The translations under genes were made by a program, and so were the position numbers. A DNA stretch of 64,000 nt from the NCBI GenBank assembly GCA_000004985.1, contig GG738846.1. One strand, given 5' to 3'. The stretch is from Naegleria gruberi (taxonomy: Eukaryota). The notes beneath the pieces were generated by a model. That model did not search any database. It was not told the DNA's origin and saw only the letters and a program-made list of their open reading frames with translations. Position 1 is the first letter of the stretch. Every line of letters begins with the position of its first letter. This document shows, piece after piece, positions 10,077 through 20,994 of the stretch.

Positions 10077-10583
10077 ATGTCTTCATCATCGATTCGTAAT
10101 CCAACTGCTTTAGCCTTGAAAAGCATTGGTTCATTGTACGGAAACCCTCACGTGTTGAGAAAGAAATTTTCGCTTCGTATGATTAAAAAGATTCACTTTA
10201 ATTATTGTCCATTGATGTTGAAGGAAGTAAACAAGGGAGCTAAGGATTTTTATGATAGATGTTGGGCACCAAAAACAAAAACCACAAACCCAGATTGTAG
10301 TATTTCGATTGATGTATATGATAATAATGCTGATTCTAAACCACCATCTCTAATTATTGAATTTGAAGATGGTAGAAAATTGGACTTTTCCGATGTGAGT
10401 TATGTATCAACAGCTGCTATCATGGAAGCTATTCAATTAAAAAAGAAAAAGATTAAGAAATATTATCAAACTGTCGGAAAGGATTATTATGAAACTGAAG
10501 ATGAAGAAAATCCATTAGCTTTACAAGATAAAAAGGACGAAGAAGAAGCTATGGCAGGTGCCAAGAAAAAGAAGAAGAAATAA
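10077..10583 (+). CDS. mitochondrial ribosomal protein L53 / MRP-L44 family, with lysine-rich C-terminal tail
   Basis: The first in-frame ATG is at 10077 (MSSSSIRNP). IHFNYCPLMLKEVNKGAKDF and PSLIIEFEDGRKLDFSDVSYVSTAAIMEAI align to the conserved blocks of MRPL53/MRP-L44 (VRFNPFGKEAKVARL; PLVKVTYKDKKEMEVDPSNM..L). The match is from memory of the family consensus. Confidence 0.5.
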   Translation: MSSSSIRNPTALALKSIGSLYGNPHVLRKKFSLRMIKKIHFNYCPLMLKEVNKGAKDFYDRCWAPKTKTTNPDCSISIDVYDNNADSKPPSLIIEFEDGRKLDFSDVSYVSTAAIMEAIQLKKKKIKKYYQTVGKDYYETEDEENPLALQDKKDEEEAMAGAKKKKKK

Positions 10584-10798
10584 TTCTAATGTGGATATCG
10601 TTAGAGATGATAGTATTGTTATTGGTCTACTACTTATAATGGTACTATTGTTATTTATAGTTATCGTTAAATAGGTTTGAAAAACATTCAATAATAAAAA
10701 AATATATTTTAAAAAACAGTGTTATTATTAATGAATTTGCTGTTAAATTAGAAAAGTGTTGGGAAATAATTATAATAATTCAATTTGTTGCTTGAAAT

Positions 10799-12262
10799 TT
10801 ATTTCAAATTAGAACTAAAATGAACATATTTTGCTTTGGCTGATGACTTGCTCTTGATGGATTCATTTTGGGTCCTGTGATTTGATCTTTGTTGAACATT
10901 AGAACACCAATACATGTTCATAATCTTATTACCACTTGTGAGGTATACATCTTTGGTACGCATCTCATTCAAACATTCTCTCAATTCATTGATTAAGTTT
11001 TGACAATACTGATCATTTGAAGTAATACTCATAGTAATGGTATTGATCGCTGTGTTAATAATTAATCGAGCAGCATCAAGTTGATTGGAATCGGCTAAGG
11101 CCTTTGCTTTCTGTAATGCTTCAGTTTGTAGGAGTCTATTCTTTTGGAGGTCTATTAAACGATTATCTGTTAAATTGCCACCAACTGTCATTTCACCTCT
11201 TGTAATATGGGTGATACATTGAAGAGCTTCCTTTTCAATCTTTTCGATATTCATGTATTCTAATTGAATATCTAATAATTGTTGCTTTTCAATTCCACAA
11301 GATTCTGCCAACAATTCCAATTCAAACAAAATATCTCTATTTTCTTCATAGTATAAATCTTTCAATTTGATATGAATCTCCTTATTAGGAAGTATTATTT
11401 CTTGCTTTACAAATCCATATTCTGAATTTAAAATTCTCTTCAGCAATACTCGATCTGAAATGCATTTGAATTTGAGTACAATATTTTGGGCAAATACAGA
11501 GATTAAACCTCCCAAACAATCTGAAAATGCTTGGGGAATTTCATCTTCTGATTTAATGTAATAGTACAAGCCTCCTCCAACTTTACAAATCTCTGTCAAA
11601 CAATTTGCCGAATGTTCCTCTCCAAAACCAAAAGTAAATACACTAGTATTATTTGAATTGATTGACATGTTTGAAAATGAATTAATTAAATTATTGACGT
11701 TTGTTTGACTTGAAAAACTAGTATTTTGCAAATTCAACTTGGTATATAATTTTTCTACAATATTTACAATCTTATCTTGTTGTTGCACACCAACAGTTGG
11801 TAATCCATCAGTGAAAAGTAGAATTGATGTTGTAGGAGAAATATTACCTCCTCTATTTGCCAATATATCAAAGGCTTCAATAATGGCTCCACTAATATTA
11901 GTAGTTGTACCCAACTTGATATTATTTACACAATTCATTGCTTGTTTCTTACCACCATTATCCATAGAGGTCAACTTTAAAGTGGTTGAAACGTTTGCAT
12001 CAAATTCAACAATTCCTAGCCTGTCTCTTGCTTGCATCTGATCAATCATGAATAATAATGACTTTTTAACCAACTCAATCTTATCACTCATAGAACCAGA
12101 TTTATCAAGGACAGCAATTATATCCAAGCTCGATCTATTCTCCTTCTCAACATATATTGGAGCTTTAATAGATGCCATACCAAACATATTTTGTGTTTGA
12201 TTATATTTGACCTGATCATATTCAAAGGTACAACTGAAAGAAACGCTTGGTGGAATGAGCAT
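10799..12262 (-). CDS. von Willebrand factor type A (vWA) domain protein with MIDAS motif
   Basis: DIIAVLDKSGSM (DxSxS MIDAS) followed by TNISGAI and LLFTDGLPT spacing typical of vWA domains. The first ATG of the ORF is at 12262 (MLIPPSV); the track start at 12319 is a GTG alternative start. An acceptor-like TTTCTTTCAG sits just downstream of the ATG, so the 5' end is slightly uncertain. Confidence 0.7.
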   Translation of the reverse strand: MLIPPSVSFSCTFEYDQVKYNQTQNMFGMASIKAPIYVEKENRSSLDIIAVLDKSGSMSDKIELVKKSLLFMIDQMQARDRLGIVEFDANVSTTLKLTSMDNGGKKQAMNCVNNIKLGTTTNISGAIIEAFDILANRGGNISPTTSILLFTDGLPTVGVQQQDKIVNIVEKLYTKLNLQNTSFSSQTNVNNLINSFSNMSINSNNTSVFTFGFGEEHSANCLTEICKVGGGLYYYIKSEDEIPQAFSDCLGGLISVFAQNIVLKFKCISDRVLLKRILNSEYGFVKQEIILPNKEIHIKLKDLYYEENRDILFELELLAESCGIEKQQLLDIQLEYMNIEKIEKEALQCITHITRGEMTVGGNLTDNRLIDLQKNRLLQTEALQKAKALADSNQLDAARLIINTAINTITMSITSNDQYCQNLINELRECLNEMRTKDVYLTSGNKIMNMYWCSNVQQRSNHRTQNESIKSKSSAKAKYVHFSSNLK

Positions 12263-12580
12263 TATTAATTTATTCTTTTTTTTTGATTTTGAAAAACTCA
12301 GCAGAACTGTTAACAACACTTCAATGATTATTAATAGGTACTAAGTACCAAGTTCCATCAACCAGAAAATATACCTTATTCCAAGCAAGGTTTTGTTCTG
12401 TTTGATTGGAATTTTATTGGAGAGAATTATTTGGCAATCTGTTGGATTTCTTAGGAAAAATATATTCAGCGGCTGAGGGTGATGGGAAATTCTTATTCAA
12501 GTATCTGGACTTGTCGTAAAAAAAACTCAATCATCTTCTTCGTTGAAAACTTGAAACACCAAGTCTCTTGGTGTTGGTCT

Positions 12581-12868
12581 CTAATCTGTATTATCTGAAA
12601 GCATTAATGGTAGGTATTTTTTCAGTATTTCATTATCTGTCTCAAGATTATTCAAGAGATTGAGTACCAAAGAATGATTTTCCAAATTATCTAATCTTTC
12701 CTTGTTTAAAACTTCCAACATTACTAATCCAAATGAGTAGACATCACTTTGAGGAGATACTCTTCCGGTAATCTTTTGTCCTTTATATTCAAAATCTTTT
12801 TTTCTTTCAGGAGATCTGTATCATATTGTAATTCGAAACATGATTAAACAAAATTCTATTGAACTTAC
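12581..12868 (-). pseudogene. protein-kinase C-lobe fragment (subdomains VIII-XI) preceded by a 44-nt GTAAGT..AG intron; upstream exons missing, so likely a gene fragment or pseudogene
   Basis: Minus-strand translation gives SPERKKDFEYKGQKITGRVSPQSDVYSFGLVMLEVLNKERL, the kinase subdomain VIII-IX signature ([AS]PE .. D[VI]YS[FY]G[VI][VL][LM]). Only about 200 nt lie between this and the next gene, too little for an N-lobe. Joining to the candidate upstream exon creates an in-frame stop. Coordinates approximate (within about 2 nt). Confidence 0.45.
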
Positions 12869-13106
12869 CTCTAGAAAAAAAGTTACTACAGGAAAAGTTA
12901 GAATTATTAAATTGGTTTTGTTGGTTTTTATTTTGTTTCGTTATATATTTTGCAATTCACTCACTATTTGTGTAAACTCAGCTGCCATGGATCCCACATC
13001 CATTTTCGTATTCTATTAAATCATTAAATTCTTCCCAAACATCATCTGTTTCCACCGGAGTTGTTTTAAATTGTGTGGGGTTAATAATGGGAAAAAGTTA
13101 CAAAAA

Positions 13107-13922
13107 ATGTCGCACCAAATAACACAAGTACCATCATCAACCACAGAGTCCTCTTCGACATGGGAAGAAGACAATGATTCATTTTCGGAACAAGCTAAAC
13201 ATAAATATTTGGTAGATTCTAATGATGATAGTAACAATGTAATGATCAATGCTCATTACGATCACGATGATAAATATCAATGGAGTATTCCCGATGTTGA
13301 AGGTGGAGCCTATTTAAATACGTTAGAATCAAAACTTTACAAATTAACTAATGGAAGAGGTTTGGGAAGGAGTTTGAGAATGGGTACTGGTAGTAATAAT
13401 ACTACTAGTAATCAAAAATCAAAAAAGAAAATTGAATATAGTGATGGATGTAAGAAGTGCGTGGATTATTTCGAGGAGGAGATTGATTTAAATGTACCAA
13501 AGGAAGAGTTGATTGGAGCTGCTCCTCTATTAGAGGAATCCGAACTTTTGCATGATAACACAGAGGAATCGAATGAAGCTGTGGGTTTTGAAGATTTGCA
13601 AATCAAAGAACTTGAAGAGGAATCGTGGCATCAGGATTATTCAATTAATGAGGAAGAAAAACAAGTAATCTATGACAAGAAAACTGGAGAACTTAAATTG
13701 GATCAAGAGGAAAATACAGTGACTGGTGCTGAGACAGACAATATTTCCAAAATTGACATGTCAGATGATGATGAAAGTGAAAGTGAAGACGAGGACGATG
13801 ATGAACAAGATGAATATGGTACAATGGAATTGCATGATGATGAGGAAGAAAATCATTTTGAATCTTATCAAACTTCGAATGTGACAAATAATGACGATGA
13901 CTGGGAGGCCGAATTTCCATAA
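13107..13922 (+). CDS. hypothetical acidic (D/E-rich) protein
   Basis: ORF with the first ATG at 13107 (MSHQITQ). The C-terminal third is polyacidic (DDDESESEDEDDDEQDE). No recognisable domain. Confidence 0.4.
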   Translation: MSHQITQVPSSTTESSSTWEEDNDSFSEQAKHKYLVDSNDDSNNVMINAHYDHDDKYQWSIPDVEGGAYLNTLESKLYKLTNGRGLGRSLRMGTGSNNTTSNQKSKKKIEYSDGCKKCVDYFEEEIDLNVPKEELIGAAPLLEESELLHDNTEESNEAVGFEDLQIKELEEESWHQDYSINEEEKQVIYDKKTGELKLDQEENTVTGAETDNISKIDMSDDDESESEDEDDDEQDEYGTMELHDDEEENHFESYQTSNVTNNDDDWEAEFP

Positions 13923-14059
13923 AATGTATATGAACAGATGAAATGTAAATAAAAATGTAACTTTATCAAGTTGTGAGCGTCCACGAACAATTCGTTGATA
14001 AATATTATCACAACTATTATTTGGAATAGTACAATTTCAACCATTATTAAGATGAATGT

Positions 14060-16685
14060 TCAGTTTAGAACCTTATTTAAATCCAAGCATTTATGAAGAA
14101 GGTAAAGAGCTACTTTGTCCTCTTCATAATACTTCTCTTGATAGGAAGACTGATGGAACTGAAATAGATCAATTGCTTCATCAAGGTCTCCTTCAAAAAA
14201 TTTGGCACATGCTTGGTTGTGGTGTTCCCAAGAATCTTTGAGACCACTGCTTGACTGTCTCCATTCTTCAGAATCTTCCATAGAGGTAGTTTCTCCTACC
14301 TGATACAACCTCGTTGGAAAACTTACTCTATCTTGTTTTGGTGAAATAATTGGAGAATTACCTTCATCATCTGCAAGCAGCTTTTTTTCTCCCACAAATC
14401 TGAAATTGTAACTATCCTTATTCTTTTCAAAAATTGACTCTGAAACAATGAGAGAAATTTCCAATTTGCTTGCATGCTTAATCAACAGCTGTAAATTGTG
14501 TAAATAACTTCCAAATATTGCATAATTCTTAATTTGAGAAGTCCCAACGTTACCACAAACACAGTGTTGTGAAAGTAACGAGCCTCTAAATGTAAACTTT
14601 AAATTTTGAATATGCGAATTCTTCCACTTCTTATCTCGAGTTGCTTTTAACCTTCTCAATATTTGATAAACAGAAAAAGTTGCTGACTCTTCATGTGAAC
14701 TCGATTCAATGATAGAATTCCAAGTAATAGTTATGTAATTATTCTCAAAGCTTCCTATTTGCCCATTGGTGGCTTGCGCAGTTTTCTGTATGATAACAAA
14801 ACAGTCATTGAGAACAGAAACAGTCTCATCAAAATCAAGAGCTGACAAGAAGTGATCCAAACCTTCAAAATAAATCATACCACTTGTTACTCTTCTCTTT
14901 TCCAATCCTAGACAAAACAATCGTTCTAGTTTTGGAGTAGTAGCTGCTGCATCTCTTGTTATCACAGATATTTGACCATTTACACTTCCTGAGGTCGATG
15001 TCAAAGAGTGTTGTCTTTCCAAGATCATTCTTCCTATTGTTGACTTTCTTAAATTGACTTCCATATCTAGCTTTTGAAGAATATGTGGCGGAAGGAATGC
15101 TCTGTAATTTTTCAGCCTTGTCAACATGGTTTGGAAATGCTTTTGTAAAATGTTGACCTCTGCCAATGATGACGGCCTCATCTGGATGTCTTCAAGTCTC
15201 ATGTTTGAAATTGATTCGAATACTGTTGTCAATTGTTGAAATGGGCGGAAGAGAGAAATGCTCGACACGACCCCCATCACTGCACCCACAATGGCAATAA
15301 TCAAACTTGACAGAATACCAACAATCAAGGCAATAAATAACTGACCAACATAGTCCCATTTTGGAACATTTAGCACTAGCAGCCAATCCACTCCTGCCTT
15401 ACAAAACCTATTCATGCAAATAACACTGTCTTCATTTGTAAAAAACTGGTACTCTCCACATTTGAGAGATTTCAAGTTATTATTCATAGAAGTGTAGATT
15501 AATTTGGAAACAGATCGTATCTTGGGTTGTTCAAAAGTTAGGGCAGTCATTCTTGTCTCTGTTCTATCTTGATTGAATTTAGAAACTGGTATATCAGGAA
15601 AACTTGCTATTATTGTTACATTTGAGGATTTCATTATACCACTACTTACAAACAACAATATAATTCGTCTCTATTTCAATAGCAAAAGCTACAGAGCCGC
15701 TTATAGCTTCAGTGACTGATTCAATGTAATTTGAAATTGACGATACACTGATATCAATTCCAAAATACCAATCATATGGTAGTTTTGAGCTATTGTCAGG
15801 ATGTGAATTGACACAACTCATAAATGTTATAGAAGGTAACGTTGGGTCAGTGTAAGACCTCGAAAATTGAGGCTTATTGGGGGAATTATTTGCAACACCC
15901 ATGATTTTAGACATATCAAATGGTCCCAGTATGACATCAGGAACATCCTTATTCTTGTAGTCACAAAATCCCTTATTTAAAAAATCATCACAATACCAAT
16001 AATATTGTCCAGTCTCATTAATTAACATTTGAGTTGGTTTTCCTCCTAATACTAACACTCCCAAATTCCCTCCCAGAGTGTCTCTTGGAAAAGTTTCTTT
16101 TAAATTGAAATGTTTCTGAAAAACTTACCCAAAATAAACAGTCACCATTAAGGTTGATAAATACGTAAATGCACTCTTATAAATCCTATATGTCAAAGAG
16201 TAGGCATTCTCAGTATTGTTATAATTAAAATCCTCCCACATTATATTCTTTGTTGTATCTGAAACAACTAGAACCTTATCAATGGTTTCATCGGTGAAAT
16301 TTACAACTTTTTCAATTTGTTGCCTTAATACATCCTGACTAAATTTTGAAACACTCGAACTAAAACAAGAAATCCATATTGTAGTGAGTAATAGAGAAGT
16401 AACAATTACTAAAGAGACCATAATTACTATTAAAACACACTTGATGGAGTATACAGTCCTCGTCTCTCCATTTCCTCCCTCATAATTTCCACCACTATTA
16501 TTATTATTATTATTATTATTATTATCCTGAATATATATTGAGGAAACTTTTTCATCATTCCCAGTTTCATTCCTAGAGGAATAACTTGCTTGCTCTTCCG
16601 ATGTATTAAATTTAATGCTAGCAATGTTGGGCAGTGAATCACGGTCATCATACGCAAGAACCTTATTATTTCTCATGTAATACAT
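14060..16685 (-). CDS. two-transmembrane sensor protein with a cytoplasmic class III nucleotidyl-cyclase homology domain that appears catalytically degenerate (pseudo-cyclase); 3 exons
   Basis: Exons are complement(16129..16685), complement(15650..16083) and complement(14060..15606), joined by a 45-nt and a 43-nt GTAAGT..AG intron. The first intron removes the in-frame TAA that separates two same-frame track ORFs; the second restores the frame. Topology: TM1 (VLIVIMVSLVIVTSLLLTTIWI), an extracellular segment of about 330 aa, TM2 (LFIALIVGILSSLIIAIVGAVMGV), then a cyclase-homology region. LNDCFVIIQKTAQATNGQIGSF resembles [25 protein letters not shown], and FRGSLLSQHCVCGNVGTSQIKNYAIFGSYLHN resembles [26 protein letters not shown]. 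The metal-binding Asp positions read E and S, and the transition-state Arg is replaced. Confidence 0.65.
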
Positions 16686-16950
16686 GTAATAATGGAGATA
16701 TTTGGAATGGTGTTTTTTTTATTCGTACGAGAGTTTGATTGCTCAAAGAGACCAACTTGAGCAGACTATATTTGGGAATTAGCACTTTCACTTTGCATGT
16801 TAATTTAAAGTACACTCTAAAACATTCTTCGCGAATTATATCTTTTTCTGATACCCAATGCCATTTATAATTGTTTTCAATTCAGCTACCCTATTTTCAA
16901 TTTTCCTTCTTGGTCGTATAAATGGAATCCCTTATATTTTGAAAGTTTGC

Positions 16951-18654
16951 TTATTTATTGTTTTTAGAGTCTCCCCCTATAAAATTCCTAAGCGTGCTAA
17001 TCCTTTGCATTAGCCTCTTGGCTTCTAAAAAATCGTCATCTTCATCACTCTCCTCTTCAAAAAGATCGAATTGTGGGGCTGTTTTTGTTATTTTTTCAAT
17101 TTTAGGTTCACTTGGTCGCAGAGATGGTTTGGACGTGTTGTGACTTCTATTCTTATTCTCTATTGAGGAGAAATAAGTTGAACTACTATTGTCACGAAGA
17201 AGTGAAGGCACTTTTTCTACTGCCTTCGTTGGTTTTGACATTTTTGGTTGAGAATCACCACGTAGTTTAGAATTGTTCAAGCTAGTTTGTGGCCTTGAAG
17301 ATAATGTTGTGGCTGGAGGCCTCTTCTCAATATTTGATTTCTCTTTCGGGAGAGTAACACCTTTTCTTTGAGCTAACAAGTCTCTGAATGAGGATGTTGA
17401 AGGTTGTTGTTGTACATTGTTACTTTGACTAGTTGTCACAGCAGGTTTCTTGTAACTTCCAACATTGGATATTGTAAATACAGAATCATTGATGAGTCCT
17501 AAATTTTTTTTCAATTGAGATTGAGCAGTGTTTGCAGAGTCTTTTTTGGAGAGAGACTTGCTCCTGTTTTCAGCATTTGATGAATTGAATCTCACCTTCT
17601 TAGCACTGGCAGATCGGTTTAGGATGGGGTTAGTTGCCTTAGTATCGATACTCTTATTGGTCTGAAGCATTGATTTTGAAAATTTCTTAGTTGAAGAGAA
17701 ATCTGCTGATGTTTGTAGTTTTTTGACATCGCTATTGTACACATTTTGGTTTTTTTCAACATCGTCCATTAGTCCGGCTAAACAAAACGCTCTGGAAGAA
17801 GTTTCCTTTGTTGCACCCTTCTTTTTAACAGAAGTGATTAATTTCCTCAGATCATCTGGTTTCATCACATTCTTGGACTGGGTTGGGCGATTTGGATCCT
17901 CTCGCTTAAGTCCAAGTCTATGGTTCTCGTTCCTTAATTTAATTCTCTCTTCTAATTGTTTTTTGAAAGACATGTCATGAGAATCATTTTCGTTATCAAT
18001 ATAAGAAGTTTGTTTCGGTATCAAGGTATCGAAATGATGCTCCAACGTTGGGCGTAAGTTGATAGAAGTTCTTATCGATGAAATATTGTTTGACTGTTGA
18101 GTTGATTTTGATGAAACCTGTTCATCCGGTTTTTGGGGGATTTTCCTCTTGAAATCGCTTAGCTTACTCACTGTTTGTTTACGCTTATCTACAGTTTTAG
18201 GATCAAGGGTCATCTTTTGCAAATTACTAATTTCCTCCAAAAAGTTTTCAGACTCTGCAATAAAAGAATCCTCCACTCTTGATGGCTTGTTAACATTTGA
18301 AAACAGTCTATCATATTCCAAGTTATTTGGGAAGGAATCATCATTACAATTGTAATTTTTAAATCTCGGAGAAGGAGGGGAAGGTTGTTGATTGTTTTGT
18401 TGCTTTTTTTCTCTCTTCTCCAAAAAGGCTTGAAATACATTATTTCTCTCTCTTCTGTCCACCCTCATTGTCTCCTCTTCGTATTCATGATGTAAATCAG
18501 AGTAGGGATCAGTGTTATCGTTTTGAAAATCGGAGGAAATGAGGTTTGATAAACGAAGATGAGAAGCAGCTGTTTTTCTTCTCGAAATGTTGTCTTCAAT
18601 CCTTAATATAGAGTTAAAGAGATCATTCTCATCATCCAAATCCTCGAGATTCAT
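16951..18654 (-). CDS. hypothetical S/N/K-rich low-complexity protein
   Basis: 567-aa uninterrupted ORF with coding-like periodicity and an acidic C-terminal patch (EEESDEDDDFLEAKRLMQRI). No recognisable domain. Confidence 0.4.
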   Translation of the reverse strand: MNLEDLDDENDLFNSILRIEDNISRRKTAASHLRLSNLISSDFQNDNTDPYSDLHHEYEEETMRVDRRERNNVFQAFLEKREKKQQNNQQPSPPSPRFKNYNCNDDSFPNNLEYDRLFSNVNKPSRVEDSFIAESENFLEEISNLQKMTLDPKTVDKRKQTVSKLSDFKRKIPQKPDEQVSSKSTQQSNNISSIRTSINLRPTLEHHFDTLIPKQTSYIDNENDSHDMSFKKQLEERIKLRNENHRLGLKREDPNRPTQSKNVMKPDDLRKLITSVKKKGATKETSSRAFCLAGLMDDVEKNQNVYNSDVKKLQTSADFSSTKKFSKSMLQTNKSIDTKATNPILNRSASAKKVRFNSSNAENRSKSLSKKDSANTAQSQLKKNLGLINDSVFTISNVGSYKKPAVTTSQSNNVQQQPSTSSFRDLLAQRKGVTLPKEKSNIEKRPPATTLSSRPQTSLNNSKLRGDSQPKMSKPTKAVEKVPSLLRDNSSSTYFSSIENKNRSHNTSKPSLRPSEPKIEKITKTAPQFDLFEEESDEDDDFLEAKRLMQRISTLRNFIGGDSKNNK

Positions 18655-18911
18655 AATTAAAAGCTTAGGAAGAAATTAATAATGATGAAGCTCCTGTTGT
18701 TGTGCTTTTATTTTTTTAATTATTAATGTAACGCTTGTAATGAGAAGGCGCCAAATCAAAGAGAAATAAACACCGTGGATTTCTCGTTATACTAATGTTT
18801 TATATTCTAGTTTTTGGATGAACATTTCAACCTAACAATTTTTTCTCTAAAGTTTTAGTTTTCAAAATTCTTAAATATTAGACAAACAGAGTTTTAGAGA
18901 TAATTGTGAGT

Positions 18912-20240
18912 TTATTGTTGATGTGAGGGTTTATATTTCATGCCACAAATGAATCCAATCCTAAATCCCTCAACGATCAAATTCAAATCATGAGTTGAAC
19001 GAACGGGCAGGCCATTAAAAATAGCAGCCATATCACTCTCAGCTTTGCAAATTTCTTGTAAGAGTACCAGAAACTCTGGTAAACTATTTGCACTGGTTAA
19101 TAGGTGACAGTTTTGGAGAATACTTCTTCCATCACCCAAGTGGAAATGTGGTTGATTTACAGTGGTGATATTATTATTGGTGATTGAGTTTGCAAATGTT
19201 ACATGTTGGGTTGGCCTCTGAGATGTTGAGGATAAGTATGCTCCTGTTTCATTATTTGATGAAGTATGATCGTTGGGAATTTGATTAAAATGTAAAAGGA
19301 TATTCTTAATGTAATTGACTTGGTCTGAACTAGTATCATTGATTAGGGAATTGAAGGTTTGTGAGCTAGATGATGATGGTTGATTTGGATTTGTTGTTGG
19401 ATTGAAACTGTACATTTGATTAATTTGACTTGGTTGGGAGTTTTTGAAAGGGGATGTTGCTTTTGAACCACTTGAATTTATCACTTCCTGCTTGACATCC
19501 TCATTTGGACCACCACTATCACTTGTTTCACTCTCCGAATTTGATCCTAGTTCAACATTTGCAGAGCTCATACCTTCACCAATTGGAATGATTCCCTTCT
19601 TAACTTGTTGTCTATATTTCTGGAGATGAGATTTGATATGTGTGGTGGTCAAATCAGGGAGATTCATCAATTCCAATATTTCCTTTGGTCTTGCCTCATT
19701 GAGTCCTAGCTGAGACACTGCTTTAACAAATAGATCATGCAATTCATTGGTCCAAACTAACCTCTTCTTATCGGCATGCTTTCGTTTAAAATCAGTTTCC
19801 ATGTGATAAAAGAGAGAACTCTCCATTGTGGCAGAACTTGATCCAACATTTCCCCTGGAAGACTCTGCTTGTTGTTTCCTCTTCTTATTACTGGAGAATC
19901 CTTGTTGTGGTGGATTATTCATGTTGTGAAATTGAAAGGAAGTTGTTGGAGGAGTGCTATTACTACTGCTTGCACATGTATTATTCACACTCACATTTCC
20001 ACTCGATTGAAACAAGAACATGTTGTTACTAATATTGTTGGCATTATTCAAATCCGTCATGTTAGATTGGTGTTGATAATTACTTCTACTACTATTGTTC
20101 CCGTTACTTCTTGCATTGTTAGATGGTGGATGGTGTTGTTCACCAAAGGTGAATTGTTGCTGTTGTTGATGATAGGGTTGTTGTTGTTGTTGTTGTTGGT
20201 GTTGAAAAGGGGAGGTGTGTGCAGGTGTTCTTTGAGGCAT
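18912..20240 (-). CDS. Myb-like (SHAQKYF/GARP class) DNA-binding transcription factor with polyQ/N tracts; possible additional polyQ 5' exon at about 20350..20596
   Basis: KKRLVWTNELHDLFVKAVSQLGLNEARPKEILELMNLPDLTTTHIKSHLQKYR matches the single-repeat Myb SHAQKY[FR] class. Upstream, a polyQ-coding ORF ends in TTTGG|GTAAGT; a 137-nt intron to CCTCAAAG| would join in frame (speculative). Confidence 0.7.
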   Translation of the reverse strand: MPQRTPAHTSPFQHQQQQQQQPYHQQQQQFTFGEQHHPPSNNARSNGNNSSRSNYQHQSNMTDLNNANNISNNMFLFQSSGNVSVNNTCASSSNSTPPTTSFQFHNMNNPPQQGFSSNKKRKQQAESSRGNVGSSSATMESSLFYHMETDFKRKHADKKRLVWTNELHDLFVKAVSQLGLNEARPKEILELMNLPDLTTTHIKSHLQKYRQQVKKGIIPIGEGMSSANVELGSNSESETSDSGGPNEDVKQEVINSSGSKATSPFKNSQPSQINQMYSFNPTTNPNQPSSSSSQTFNSLINDTSSDQVNYIKNILLHFNQIPNDHTSSNNETGAYLSSTSQRPTQHVTFANSITNNNITTVNQPHFHLGDGRSILQNCHLLTSANSLPEFLVLLQEICKAESDMAAIFNGLPVRSTHDLNLIVEGFRIGFICGMKYKPSHQQ

Positions 20241-20491
20241 ATCTTTTGTGAGTTAAATTGTGCGCCGAGTTAAATTAGATCAGGAAGAAGTTTAGTAATA
20301 TAAAATGCATGCAATAAAATGCCAAGTTGGTATTAATGTTGCAACACAGTAGGAAAGTTGACTTACCAAATTGAGAGAAGGAATTGTCTATAGTAGATTG
20401 AATGTGGTTTGGTTGAGGGGAAATGTAAGAGATGTTATTATTATTGTGATAATCAACCAGGAAGTTAATTAATTGGTTTGTGGTAAGGTCC

Positions 20492-20524
<33 letters not shown>

Positions 20525-20994
20525 CCTATTATTTTTGAGTAGTGAAATGGTGAGGATATGTTACTAGGGTTTTGTGGTTCGACCAATGATAACATGTTCT
20601 CTATGCCTAAATAAAACAAATAGATATTATACACGCACATCAATTAGTTAGATCACTTACACACATATCAGTTGAACTGCTTTTGTATTTAAACAGAAGG
20701 AGGGTAATTGATAATTCTGAAATTTCTCGACCAGATTGAATCAAAGTTAACCTGTTGGATTATGAAAGTATGTTGCAGATTCTTTTTTTTAAACATGGAT
20801 GTTTGTTGTGTGCCGTGTTGGTTAAGAATGAATTTAAGCTCAAATATTACCTGGAGAGAATATTAGTGTACTTAAAACGAAATTAGCAAACAATCTCTAA
20901 GAAATTTTTTCTGACCAAATTTGTACAAGTTACTGAGCATTTACGGTTGAGGAAGTTTTCATGTGTGGATACGAATACAAATAAAGATTTATTT

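Noticed and set aside
16113-16128. 13-nt GTAAGTTTTTCAG as the intron between the two same-frame cyclase-gene ORFs
   Set aside because: Too short for a spliceosomal intron. A 45-nt GT..AG interval (16084..16128) with the same donor removes the in-frame TAA and keeps the frame, which is consistent with the other 43-47-nt introns.
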